Shown: positions 48,613 through 57,772 of the stretch, piece after piece
How positions within the stretch are numbered: position 1 is the stretch's first letter
Layout: the number at the start of each line of letters is the position of its first letter
From: an uncultured Bacilli bacterium
GTDB taxonomy: Bacteria; Bacillota_I; Bacilli_A; RFN20; CAG-631
Assembly (NCBI GenBank): GCA_934201705.1
Contig: CAKPXF010000005.1
Coordinates: 25,291 to 89,290, forward strand
Direction of reading: 5' to 3'
Length of the DNA stretch: 64,000 nucleotides
Made by a program: the position numbers and the translations under genes
Notes under the pieces: generated by a model
Database searches by the model: none
Told to the model about the DNA's origin: nothing
Seen by the model: only the letters and a program-made list of their open reading frames with translations

Positions 48613-48963
48613 ATTAACAAGTGTAAAGAATTCATCTTTTTTATCATACTCATTTATTATTATTGCTATATCATCCTTATTATATTAAAAGCTAAATTAT
48701 TAATAAATACTTCTAGATTTTCTTTTGTTAAAGATTTACTAATTGTATCCACTTCATTTATAAAAACAAATAATTGCACAATGTTATTCCTCTTTTCGTT
48801 TATAGTATAACAAGCCTTATGGGCGATTTTTGGTACACTATATATCTTATAATATAGTCGTAGTTAAAACAAAAGAGATAATTTACTCCTTTTCTTACTT
48901 ACTTATTAAAAACTTCCCCTTTTAAAAATTATCTCTTTTAGTTACTACTAGGAGGACATTTAT

Positions 48964-49470
48964 ATGAATAGGTTTAAAGAGGCTTTTAATGTTAATGATA
49001 ATCTTCTACCAATTGAATGCTTAAATTTAATGCTTAAAAACACTAACAAAAGAGGTGTTGTATATGTACCAAAATGGCCATATGAAAGATTTTTAGAAAC
49101 TTGTTTTTATAAATTAGTAATGCATTGGGATAATGAATGTAAAAATAAAATTATTGAAGAATATAATAAGATATATATTGATATATTAAATATTGCTAAG
49201 CAATTTGATAGCATAGATAAATTATATGATTCAGATATATTAAGTTCCTATTTAGGAATAAATAAAAATAATTATGATAAATATGATTATGTTGATGAAA
49301 TAATTGATGTTAATAATATGGATTATATAATTAAAGCTATTATTAAAAGAGTTTGTGCTTTAATAGTTATAAAAGCATCTACTTTGCTTATAAATACAGA
49401 AGCTAGTATTTTAATTCAAGCTTTAGCAATTAAAAAATATGCTAGTAAAGTAAGTACTGTTTATAGATAA
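48964..49470 (+). CDS. hypothetical protein (168 aa), no recognisable family
   Basis: Strong AGGAGG RBS at 48949-48954. Lies directly upstream of the WYL regulator on the same strand (39-nt gap). Confidence 0.6.
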   Translation: MNRFKEAFNVNDNLLPIECLNLMLKNTNKRGVVYVPKWPYERFLETCFYKLVMHWDNECKNKIIEEYNKIYIDILNIAKQFDSIDKLYDSDILSSYLGINKNNYDKYDYVDEIIDVNNMDYIIKAIIKRVCALIVIKASTLLINTEASILIQALAIKKYASKVSTVYR

Positions 49471-49509
49471 ATTCACTTTTTATGTTATACTAAATAAGAG
49501 GTATAATTT

Positions 49510-50496
49510 ATGGCAGAATTTGAAGCAAAAAAATTAACAATACTTAGAATACTTGATATATTAAAGGAATATAGCGATTATTATCATCCTTTAAAGCATG
49601 AAGATATTATTAACTATTTATCAAGCCTTTATGATATTGATATTGATAGAAAAACAGTTGGAAGAAATATTACTTATTTAAAGGATGCTGGATATGAAAT
49701 AACATCAACTAGAAAAGGAAGCTATTTAGAGGTTCGTGATTTTGATGATAGTGAATTACATATGCTAATTGATGGTGTTTTAAGTAGTAAATATATAACT
49801 GCTACCCATTCAAAGGATTTAATTGAAAGAATATGTAATTTATCAAACAAATATTTTAAAGCCAGCGTTAAGCATATTTATTCTGTTAATGAATGGTCGA
49901 AAACTGATAATCAGGATGTCTTTTATAATATTGAATTAATTGATGAAGCTATTGAAAAGAAATGCCAAATTGCATATGAATATAATAAGTATGGCATTGA
50001 CAAAAAATTACATAAATCATCATATCAATATGTAAGCCCTTATCAAATGATACTTCATAATCAGCATTATTATTTAATGGCTTATAGTGAATATTGGAAA
50101 AACATTGTTTTCCATCGCTTAGATCATATAAGTAATATGGTTATTAAAGAAGATAAAAACGCCACTTCATTAAGAAGTATAAAAGGCTATGAAAATGGTA
50201 TTGATTATAAGCAATTTTCACAATCAATGCCTTATATGTTTGCAGATAAAATTGAAACAATTTATTTTGATGCTAATATTTCAATTATTGATCAAATAAT
50301 AGATTGGTTTGGTAATGATATAAAAATAAACAAAGATGAAAATGATGAAAAGCTTATTCATGTTGAAGTTAAAGCTAGTCAAACTGCTATGTATTATTGG
50401 GCTATTCAATATGTTAATTATGTTAAAGTAACATATCCTACTGCCTTGAAAGAAAAAATCAAAGAAAGCTTAATAAAAGCAATAGAAAAGTATTAA
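49510..50496 (+). CDS. WYL-domain transcriptional regulator (wHTH-WYL-WCX architecture)
   Basis: N-terminal wHTH LTILRILDILKEYSD...DRKTVGRNITYLKDAGYEI. WYL core PYQMILHNQHYYLMAYSEYWKNIVFHRLDHI. Confidence 0.8.
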   Translation: MAEFEAKKLTILRILDILKEYSDYYHPLKHEDIINYLSSLYDIDIDRKTVGRNITYLKDAGYEITSTRKGSYLEVRDFDDSELHMLIDGVLSSKYITATHSKDLIERICNLSNKYFKASVKHIYSVNEWSKTDNQDVFYNIELIDEAIEKKCQIAYEYNKYGIDKKLHKSSYQYVSPYQMILHNQHYYLMAYSEYWKNIVFHRLDHISNMVIKEDKNATSLRSIKGYENGIDYKQFSQSMPYMFADKIETIYFDANISIIDQIIDWFGNDIKINKDENDEKLIHVEVKASQTAMYYWAIQYVNYVKVTYPTALKEKIKESLIKAIEKY

Positions 50497-50655
50497 TTAT
50501 GCTTTTCTATTTTATTTTAAAAATATCATTGACATTTACAACTTTTCAATGATTTGTAAAAAAATCCTAGGGACTTTTACTATATAATAATAATTATGAT
50601 TTGTAAAAAACATAATATTATAGTAATATTATTTAACAAAAAGGATGTGACAAAA

Positions 50656-51252
50656 ATGAATTTAAAGCATTTATTACCATTTGGGATTATTGCACTTGCA
50701 ATTATATTTATTTTTTACTTAATTTATTTTACTAAAATGTTTTTGCAAAAAAAGCAAGGCATTAAGACAAATCAAATTGGAAGTAGAAAAGAAAAGAAGC
50801 TACATATAATTGAAACACTTATGGCAGTTGCAACATATAGTATAGTTTTAGTTGAAGTAATTTCAATATTTACTAATTTTAATTATTCAATAAATATTAT
50901 TAGAATTATTGGCGCTATTTTAGGTTTTATGGGGGATTTAGTATTTTTATTAGCTATTACTTGTATGAAGGATAGCTGGAGAGCAGGAATTCCAAAATCT
51001 GATAAAACAAAGCTCGTAACTAATGGTATTTATAAGATTAGTCGAAATCCAGCTTTTTTAGGCTTTGATTTAGTTTATATAGGAATTCTACTGTTATATT
51101 TTAATCCTATTCATTTAATCTTTACACTTTTTGCTATAATTATGCTTCACTTACAAATTTTACAAGAAGAAAAATTTATGGAAGCAACTTTTAAAGAAGA
51201 GTACATAGATTATAAAAAGAAAGTCTTTAGATATTTAGGAAGAAGATTCTAA
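50656..51252 (+). CDS. isoprenylcysteine carboxyl methyltransferase (ICMT/PEMT-like) family membrane protein
   Basis: Best start is ATG 50656 (AAGGATG RBS). Signature LVTNGIYKISRNPAFLGFDLVYIG...EEKFMEATFKEEYIDYKKKV. Confidence 0.7.
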   Translation: MNLKHLLPFGIIALAIIFIFYLIYFTKMFLQKKQGIKTNQIGSRKEKKLHIIETLMAVATYSIVLVEVISIFTNFNYSINIIRIIGAILGFMGDLVFLLAITCMKDSWRAGIPKSDKTKLVTNGIYKISRNPAFLGFDLVYIGILLLYFNPIHLIFTLFAIIMLHLQILQEEKFMEATFKEEYIDYKKKVFRYLGRRF

Positions 51253-51701
51253 CAATTTATAGCATATAAATATCACTTAAAGTTCATAATTATTGCTGTT
51301 TAAACAGCAAAATAAACTTTAATATGAAAAGGTAGCCTATTATATAAGCTACCCGGGAGAAAGAAAATTGAGCAATATTATAATATAAAAGTAATGGGGT
51401 ATGAAGAGAGGAAGTAATATTATTTTATTGCTCTGTATTAAATTAGCATTAATAAATTGTCAAGTATTATTAATTGCTACAATTAAAATTATAACTATAT
51501 CTTAATAAATGTCACGACACATTTAGAAACATATAGTTTTATTTCGATAAAATCATTATTAAAAACAAATAAAAAGGTAAAGAATTACAAGTGAAATTTA
51601 TATTTTCAATTATAAAATCTTTATCTTTTTTTGACTAATATAAAGTACAACTTTATTTTAGCCATTTTTAACAATTAGTCAACATTAAATAATATTTAAA
51701 T

Positions 51702-52640
51702 CTATTCTATATTCATTTGCCATTTATCAATAGCATTTAAAACTTGCTTTTCTATATCAATTCTTGTTTCTTTACATTCGTGTGGATAATCTTTAGCTGC
51801 TTTAAAAACTAATTTTAAAATAGCTTGGTTAAAAATAGGAAATACCTTTTTTAATAATCCATCTGGGAAAACAAAATGTGTTCCATGCTCATAAACTTTA
51901 GCGATTAATTCACATTTATGCGGCTTTTCATTTAATCTTTTTTCCATTCTTTTAATATATTTAGCTGTATTCCATAAAGAATCATCTTTTGCGCCTATTA
52001 AAAGAAGTATACCATTTATATTTTCAACCTTAATAAATTCATCTTCTTGAATTGGATGAGCTTTTTCTGAATCATCAAACAATTTACAAGAAGCTAACAT
52101 ATTTTTAGTATTCTTTGCTTCTTCTTCCATAACCTTTCCATATTCAGGATGCTTATAGCAAAATGGCATATAAGGTAATTCTTTTCCTTGATATGTAAAT
52201 AATGATTCATTTTCAATAGGCCATTCGGTATAGCCATCTTTTTTTCCTTGCATAAAGCCTTGCCAAATAAAGTCACTTGGAGTAAGAGCAATAGTTAATG
52301 TTATTTGTTTAAAATAAGAAGCACAAGTAAGAGCAAGTGTTCCTGTAGTTGATGCTCCAATCATTCCAATTTTATCATTACCATTTTCATTTAAAAAATT
52401 AATAGCCTTTAACACCCTTTCAAGTGGATAATTATGATGGCTATAGTCTTTGTGATTTGGTGACATTGTTAGTACATTAACATTTCTTTTACTCATAATC
52501 CACTTTACACAACACATCGTCATATAATCCTTACAATCATCGCCAATGCAGGCAATAATTGCACTATCAGTTTTGTTTTTACATTGAAAGTAAGCTCCAT
52601 AAAATCCATCTTTTTCAATTGTAAAATCTATCCTTTTCAT
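51702..52640 (-). CDS. alpha/beta hydrolase (BAAT/dienelactone-hydrolase-like)
   Basis: Nucleophile-elbow-like MIGASTTGTLAL, acidic-residue block LLLIGAKDDSLW, and His block YEHGTHF. Confidence 0.55.
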   Translation of the reverse strand: MKRIDFTIEKDGFYGAYFQCKNKTDSAIIACIGDDCKDYMTMCCVKWIMSKRNVNVLTMSPNHKDYSHHNYPLERVLKAINFLNENGNDKIGMIGASTTGTLALTCASYFKQITLTIALTPSDFIWQGFMQGKKDGYTEWPIENESLFTYQGKELPYMPFCYKHPEYGKVMEEEAKNTKNMLASCKLFDDSEKAHPIQEDEFIKVENINGILLLIGAKDDSLWNTAKYIKRMEKRLNEKPHKCELIAKVYEHGTHFVFPDGLLKKVFPIFNQAILKLVFKAAKDYPHECKETRIDIEKQVLNAIDKWQMNIE

Positions 52641-52706
52641 AATTTTTCTCCTCGTTCATTTTGTATCACCAATTTTAAATTTAGTGTAACAAATTTATCA
52701 TTTTAA

Positions 52707-53546
52707 TTACTTTTCATTGAAATCTATTCTGACAATTTGCATTTTCATCATATTATCGCCAATTTTAGCTAAAAATCTAAAGAATTTGCTTATTGATTTA
52801 TCCTTTAAATCATTATAACCTAGCATATAGCCTTTACTTGAAACTACAAAATTATTATTTATAGGTAAAAGCTCTTTTTTTGCATCAGCTATAGCAAAAT
52901 AAGCATTAACATCTTTAATTGAAGCTGTTTTAATCCATGTTTTTAACATCAACTTTACTGCTTTTTTATTAGCAGCGTCAAATACTAATTTACCATTTTT
53001 AAAGTAAGATGCCATTTTGTTAATTAACTTTATTACATTTTCTTTTAAAAAGTAATAAAATACTCCAGCTGCAAAGAAGACTACGCCATTACTTTTATCA
53101 ATTTTACTAAACCAAGAGGTATCATTTAAATCACAAGCAATATTTTCTTCTCGTTCATTTTTTTCTATTAAAACATTTCTTAACTTTATAACATCCTTAT
53201 AATCAAGGTTATAAAATTTACACATATTATTATCAACATGGCTTTTAATATTATCAAGCCCACAGCCTAAGTTTACCACTGCTGCTTTTGGATTTTTATT
53301 TAAATAATCCTTTACTTCTTGTATGATATCATATTGACGAATTGCAGCTTCTAAAAAGCCAAAGCGATACATTAGTTTTTTTGATTTTTCTTCAAGTAAA
53401 GAAAAATCATAATCTAAACTATCAATTAATTTAATAGCGTTTTTATCATAATATAAATTTTTATAAAGCTCACTACATTTCTTCCTTCCATATAAAGGAA
53501 TGACTAGTGTTTCTTGAACTGTGTTTCTTTCTATATGATATTTCAT
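52707..53546 (-). CDS. class I SAM-dependent methyltransferase (TcmP/LCM-like O-methyltransferase family)
   Basis: Motif I VVNLGCGLD and acidic DLND block. Shares a one-base overlap with the upstream gene. Confidence 0.65.
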   Translation of the reverse strand: MKYHIERNTVQETLVIPLYGRKKCSELYKNLYYDKNAIKLIDSLDYDFSLLEEKSKKLMYRFGFLEAAIRQYDIIQEVKDYLNKNPKAAVVNLGCGLDNIKSHVDNNMCKFYNLDYKDVIKLRNVLIEKNEREENIACDLNDTSWFSKIDKSNGVVFFAAGVFYYFLKENVIKLINKMASYFKNGKLVFDAANKKAVKLMLKTWIKTASIKDVNAYFAIADAKKELLPINNNFVVSSKGYMLGYNDLKDKSISKFFRFLAKIGDNMMKMQIVRIDFNEK

Positions 53547-54247
53547 TATTTATTCCTCCTAAAGCCATTTTCATCAATATATTCTGGATGATCTTTAATA
53601 TATTCATCCTTATCGCCAACTATTGTATAATCGCATTTATTTTTAAAGACACAAGTTGATGTTCTTATTAATTTAGCATGTATTAATTCCATTGATTTAT
53701 AATCAACATTACATAAAGCCCCTGCAATTTTTGTTAAGTTATGCTTAATAGCAAATTCAGCTACAGGGCAACTTGTAAATTCATAATAAATTGGTTTATC
53801 CTTATCAAATTCTTTAACTTCCATTATATAATCGTTATATTTATCACAATTCTTTTTAGCTATACAAAATGCTTTATACATTAGCTTTTTAAATATCATC
53901 TTATTACAATTTACAAATTTAAGCTTTTTAAAATTAGGAAGTACTAATTTTTCTTCTATTTCTTCTATTTCTTTAAAAGTAGTTACATCCTTTAAAACAA
54001 CATAATAAGCAAATATAGCAATACAATCATATGTTCCACCTTTACCATTATGAAAGTTTTCTTTTCCTTTTAAATCAGTACGCCAATCCTTTAAAAAGTC
54101 AACATATTGCATTTGTATCTTTTCCCAAATTTCATTAATTTGCTCTTTTTTATAATGTAAAGCTATTTTCTTTTTTAATATTTTCTCACATTCCTTTGAA
54201 TATAAAACATGTACGTTTCTATCAAATACTAAATCTTTATTTTTCAT
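53546..54247 (-). CDS. L-2-amino-thiazoline-4-carboxylic acid hydrolase (ATC hydrolase, PF14196-like) family protein
   Basis: C-terminal block YYEFTSCPVAEFAIKHNL...ALCNVDYKSMELIHAKLIRTSTC...CDYTI matches my memory of this family. Confidence 0.55.
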   Translation of the reverse strand: MKNKDLVFDRNVHVLYSKECEKILKKKIALHYKKEQINEIWEKIQMQYVDFLKDWRTDLKGKENFHNGKGGTYDCIAIFAYYVVLKDVTTFKEIEEIEEKLVLPNFKKLKFVNCNKMIFKKLMYKAFCIAKKNCDKYNDYIMEVKEFDKDKPIYYEFTSCPVAEFAIKHNLTKIAGALCNVDYKSMELIHAKLIRTSTCVFKNKCDYTIVGDKDEYIKDHPEYIDENGFRRNK

Positions 54248-54262
54248 ATTCTTACTTCCTTT

Positions 54263-54898
54263 TTAAATTAAGCATAATGTTATAAATAAGCCTAAAAATG
54301 TTAAAGCACTAGCTAGATTAAATGAGCCAACAATTTTAAAGGGAAATAACAATATAAATATAATAACTACATTAAAAATACATGCCCATTTTGGAAGCGG
54401 AGTTAATCCTAAAACAATGCTTATAAATAAAGTAACACTAAACATTAAGGCTCCAATAAAACAAACATACATTGTACTACTTGTTTTTTTAAAGAATTCC
54501 AATATGACATTTCTTGCTTTTTCAGTTCTATCAAATTTAATATAAAACCATTCGACAACTCCACAAAAAACATGATGAGCAGTACCAGAAATCATAAGTA
54601 ATACTAAAGAAATTAATAAAATAATGCCACATACATTAGAGTATTTATTAATGTATTCATATAAAGCAATATAGCCAAAGCATGACATAATAAGTGATAA
54701 TACGCCTGCAAGCATTGAAAACATTTGTCTTTTTGTATTAGTATTTTCAAATAATAATGCTAACTTGTTATTATCACTTAAATCTTTAAAATTAAATCTT
54801 CCATTTTTTGTATAGGTAATTGCTCTATCACAAAACATACAAATAATATGACCAACAAAAGCAACCATTAAAAATATCTTTATTAATGCTAATGACAT
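54263..54898 (-). CDS. membrane protein, about 6 TM, unknown function
   Basis: 211 aa, hydrophobic throughout. First gene of the 54898->51702 minus-strand run. Confidence 0.5.
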   Translation of the reverse strand: MSLALIKIFLMVAFVGHIICMFCDRAITYTKNGRFNFKDLSDNNKLALLFENTNTKRQMFSMLAGVLSLIMSCFGYIALYEYINKYSNVCGIILLISLVLLMISGTAHHVFCGVVEWFYIKFDRTEKARNVILEFFKKTSSTMYVCFIGALMFSVTLFISIVLGLTPLPKWACIFNVVIIFILLFPFKIVGSFNLASALTFLGLFITLCLI

Positions 54899-55024
54899 AT
54901 ATCATTCCTTCTTTCATTTTGTAGTTTATCACAAAGAAAATGAAAGTTCAATTATTAAGTTAGATATAACTAACTCAAATGTGAAATCAAGAAAAAAAGA
55001 AGGTAATTTTAATGTAACCTTCCT

Positions 55025-55255
55025 TTATATCAATACCTTCCAATAGCCAGTTTTTCTTGAGCCAACTCTTATAATAGCATTGTTTTTTACTAAATTGTCC
55101 ATATGCCTATGAATTGTTATTTCAGACTTTGCTAAAGATGAAGCAATTTCTGGAATTGTCATATATTTATTAAGCTTTAATTGCTTTAATATTTCATAAT
55201 CTAATTCGTTTATCTTATCATTTATCCTATCATTATCCTATCATTTTGCAACACT
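55025..55255 (-). pseudogene. C-terminal winged-helix remnant of a larger (AlbA_2/ATPase-type) regulator gene
   Basis: The minus frame reads ...NELDYEILKQLKLNKYMTIPEIASSLAKSEITIHRHMDNLVKNNAIIRVGSRKTGYWKVLI* with no start codon or upstream domain. It is preceded by a short 12-nt tandem repeat (tatcctatcatt-like, x3). Confidence 0.45.
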
Positions 55256-55397
55256 TTAAAATAATTAGTACTGATTCTAATAGAACAAAGAAAATAATAA
55301 TATTTTTGTCCCTCCATTGCACATACCTATTCATCTCGTATATGGTACTACATCTATATTGATTACAAACTACTAAGATAGTAATTAAAATGAAACT

Positions 55398-55559
55398 TTA
55401 ATTTTTTAAAGCATTAACATATTTTGTAATTATTTGCTTATTTATCAATGGCAAAATAATTCCTTCATCAACCATTCGAAGAATAAGTCCAGGATTAGAA
55501 TCTCCTTTAAGTGCTGCTGAAACTAAAACGTTTGTATCAATTACAACATAGTATTTCAT
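55398..55559 (-). pseudogene. truncated PIN-domain toxin (53 codons)
   Basis: Below the ORF-track cutoff. ATG 55559 overlaps the relB/dinJ stop (ATGA). Reads MKYYVVIDTNVLVSAALKGDSNPGLILRMVDEGIILPLINKQIITKYVNALKN*. The N-terminal D-T-N-V motif is typical of PIN, but full-length PIN toxins are ~130 aa. Confidence 0.6.
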
Positions 55560-55840
55560 TCTTCTCTTGCCCTTGCTATTTCTTCATTAATTTCATCAAG
55601 GCTCTTTTTTGAATTATTATATTCTTTAGAAATAGCATTCATTTTTAAAAGTGCTTGCATTCCCTTTGATTCTTTTTTTTCTTTTAAAACCATTTCAAAT
55701 GGAATTCCGTTATTTAAAACTAATTTAGCTAAACACATTCTCATATATGTTTGAAGATCTATTCCTAATTTTTTACATATTAATGTTGCTTCAACTTTTA
55801 ACGATTCATCAGCTCTAAATTGAATAAAAGTACTTGCCAT
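55556..55840 (-). CDS. RelB/DinJ family antitoxin
   Basis: IQFRADESLKVEATLICKKLGIDLQTYMRMCLAKLVLNNGIPFEM is a typical DinJ ribbon-helix-helix N-terminus. Confidence 0.8.
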   Translation of the reverse strand: MASTFIQFRADESLKVEATLICKKLGIDLQTYMRMCLAKLVLNNGIPFEMVLKEKKESKGMQALLKMNAISKEYNNSKKSLDEINEEIARAREE

Positions 55841-56139
55841 AAATTTTCCTCTCTTTCTATTATTATTATATTGACATTTTCAAAAAATGCAATCAATTGT
55901 AATCATTTGTAATTATTTTCACAAAAAAAGAGAGTGCCATAAAATTGACAACTCCTAATTTAATATACTTAATTTAATGAATTAGCTTAACTTATGCTTT
56001 TTCTTAATACAATATTTGAAACTAAAAAGCTTGCTTGAATAATTGTATTAACGTTTATTTTTTTAGCAATTGTAGTTTTCTAAAATAGCTTAAAAAAATC
56101 TTTTTTTAAATTCTTTAATGCTCTTGCTAAGCCTTTATG

Positions 56140-57072
56140 TTATTTACCTTTTCCTTTTTCCTTTGAACGCTTATCATTAATAATTTTCATTTCTTTTTCA
56201 GTTATAAGCTTACAATTATTGTTATTTGCCCAATCAACACAGCCTTGTAAAACAAGCTTTAAGAAAGGACGAGGTACCTTTACTAGCATTTTTAAAGCAT
56301 CATCAGTAAATTTAACATCGCTATTTAATCTATTAGCAGCATATTTTACTGATGTAAGGTCAACTTCCTTATCAGGAATTCCTACAGGTACAGGTTTTTT
56401 ATAATCTGAGCACCAGAAATATTTACTATCTCTATAACCCCAGTTAGTTGGAAGCGGACAAAAGTTTTTCTTATCAACGCCATTAACAATTGCATTATAG
56501 TATTTATCCTTTAATAAGATATGATCAATCTTTAAAATAAAGTGAGCTCCATATTTTGAAGTAACACCATTGAAATTATGATATGGTTCATTATATTCTT
56601 CAAGCACTTTATCATCTTTAGCATTATCTAATTCCTTTACCCATGTACATTCAAATACTTGATAAGCTTCCTTAATGATTTTTGGATAATTATTTGTTGG
56701 ATTTTCTTGCTTTGACATACCATCATCAACAGTAAACTTAAAATCCTTCATCTTTTCTTCAGGTGTATCTCCTGGGAAGCCAAGACGTACATGCTCTTCA
56801 AAGTTTTTCTTACTAAAAGGTAAGAAGTTAATGCTACATTTTCCATGCCTTAATAATCCTTTACATGTATTTGAATTATTTCGACATTCAAGTATCATGG
56901 CATAAAATCCTTTTCCAGCAATGTAGTATGGAAAGCATAAAGAATATGATCCAAAGCTAGTTAGCGTTCCATTTTCATCTAAAGTACCAATTAAGCAAAG
57001 TGGCATTGGAAAGAATGATGAAGATTGATAAAAATTATCAACAATTCTTATGTCTTTAAAACTTTTATCCAT
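56140..57072 (-). CDS. flavin reductase-like (FMN-binding split-barrel) domain protein with a C-terminal extension
   Basis: The N-terminal ~190 aa resemble the flavin_reduct fold (PMPLCLIGTLDENG...). Overlaps the upstream TetR gene by 8 nt. Confidence 0.5.
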   Translation of the reverse strand: MDKSFKDIRIVDNFYQSSSFFPMPLCLIGTLDENGTLTSFGSYSLCFPYYIAGKGFYAMILECRNNSNTCKGLLRHGKCSINFLPFSKKNFEEHVRLGFPGDTPEEKMKDFKFTVDDGMSKQENPTNNYPKIIKEAYQVFECTWVKELDNAKDDKVLEEYNEPYHNFNGVTSKYGAHFILKIDHILLKDKYYNAIVNGVDKKNFCPLPTNWGYRDSKYFWCSDYKKPVPVGIPDKEVDLTSVKYAANRLNSDVKFTDDALKMLVKVPRPFLKLVLQGCVDWANNNNCKLITEKEMKIINDKRSKEKGKGK

Positions 57073-57595
57073 TATTATTTCCCCCTATTAATTTAATGAA
57101 TATTTTTTCAATTTTGTTATACTCAATTAATCTTGTTGAATAAAGTAAAACTGTTTCTGAAATAAATTCTAAAATATCATTATCAATTGTTAAATTATTA
57201 TAATCTTTAATTTCCTTTAAAATTGAAAGAATTTGCTTAGTAAGTAAAGGCCTTTTACTTAAATATGGAATATATTCCTTAAAATTAGTTTTACTATATT
57301 CCCAGAATTGATAATACTTTTTAGAAAACTTGCTTACACCTTCATAAACATTTTTTATTCCGCTAATAAAAGAAACATCCTTTTTGATGCTATTAATCAT
57401 AATGTTCCAATCATCTAAAAGAATAATAGCTAGCATTTCCATTTTTGATGGAAAGAAGTTATAAAGAGTTCCTAAGCTAATATTAGCTATTTTAGCAATT
57501 TTGCGGCAGTTTAAATCATCATACTTTCCTTCATCAAGTAGGTTTTTTACTATATTAATGACATTATCTTTAGTTGTTTCTATTATCTTTGGCAT
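57065..57595 (-). CDS. TetR/AcrR family transcriptional regulator
   Basis: HTH LNCRKIAKIANISLGTLYNFF. I prefer ATG 57595 (AAAGGAAAA RBS) over the track start at 57658. Confidence 0.8.
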   Translation of the reverse strand: MPKIIETTKDNVINIVKNLLDEGKYDDLNCRKIAKIANISLGTLYNFFPSKMEMLAIILLDDWNIMINSIKKDVSFISGIKNVYEGVSKFSKKYYQFWEYSKTNFKEYIPYLSKRPLLTKQILSILKEIKDYNNLTIDNDILEFISETVLLYSTRLIEYNKIEKIFIKLIGGNNNG

Positions 57596-57772
57596 AATAT
57601 TTTCCTTTTTATGAACGTGTTCATATAAATTATAGTATTTAAAAAATAATTTGTCCATCTTTATTTATAAATAAACAATTTATTAGGTACTTCAATGTTA
57701 CTTCAATGACTTGTTGAAGTACTTCAAAGCAAAAAAATCACTTTGTTTAAAAGAAGTGATCTTATTCAAATT

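Noticed and set aside
50551-50610. Direct repeat ATGATTTGTAAAAAA (x2, 45 bp apart) upstream of the ICMT-like gene
   Set aside because: It is short and AT-rich. The second copy merely creates the spurious long-ORF start at 50596. There is no supporting structure or second locus.
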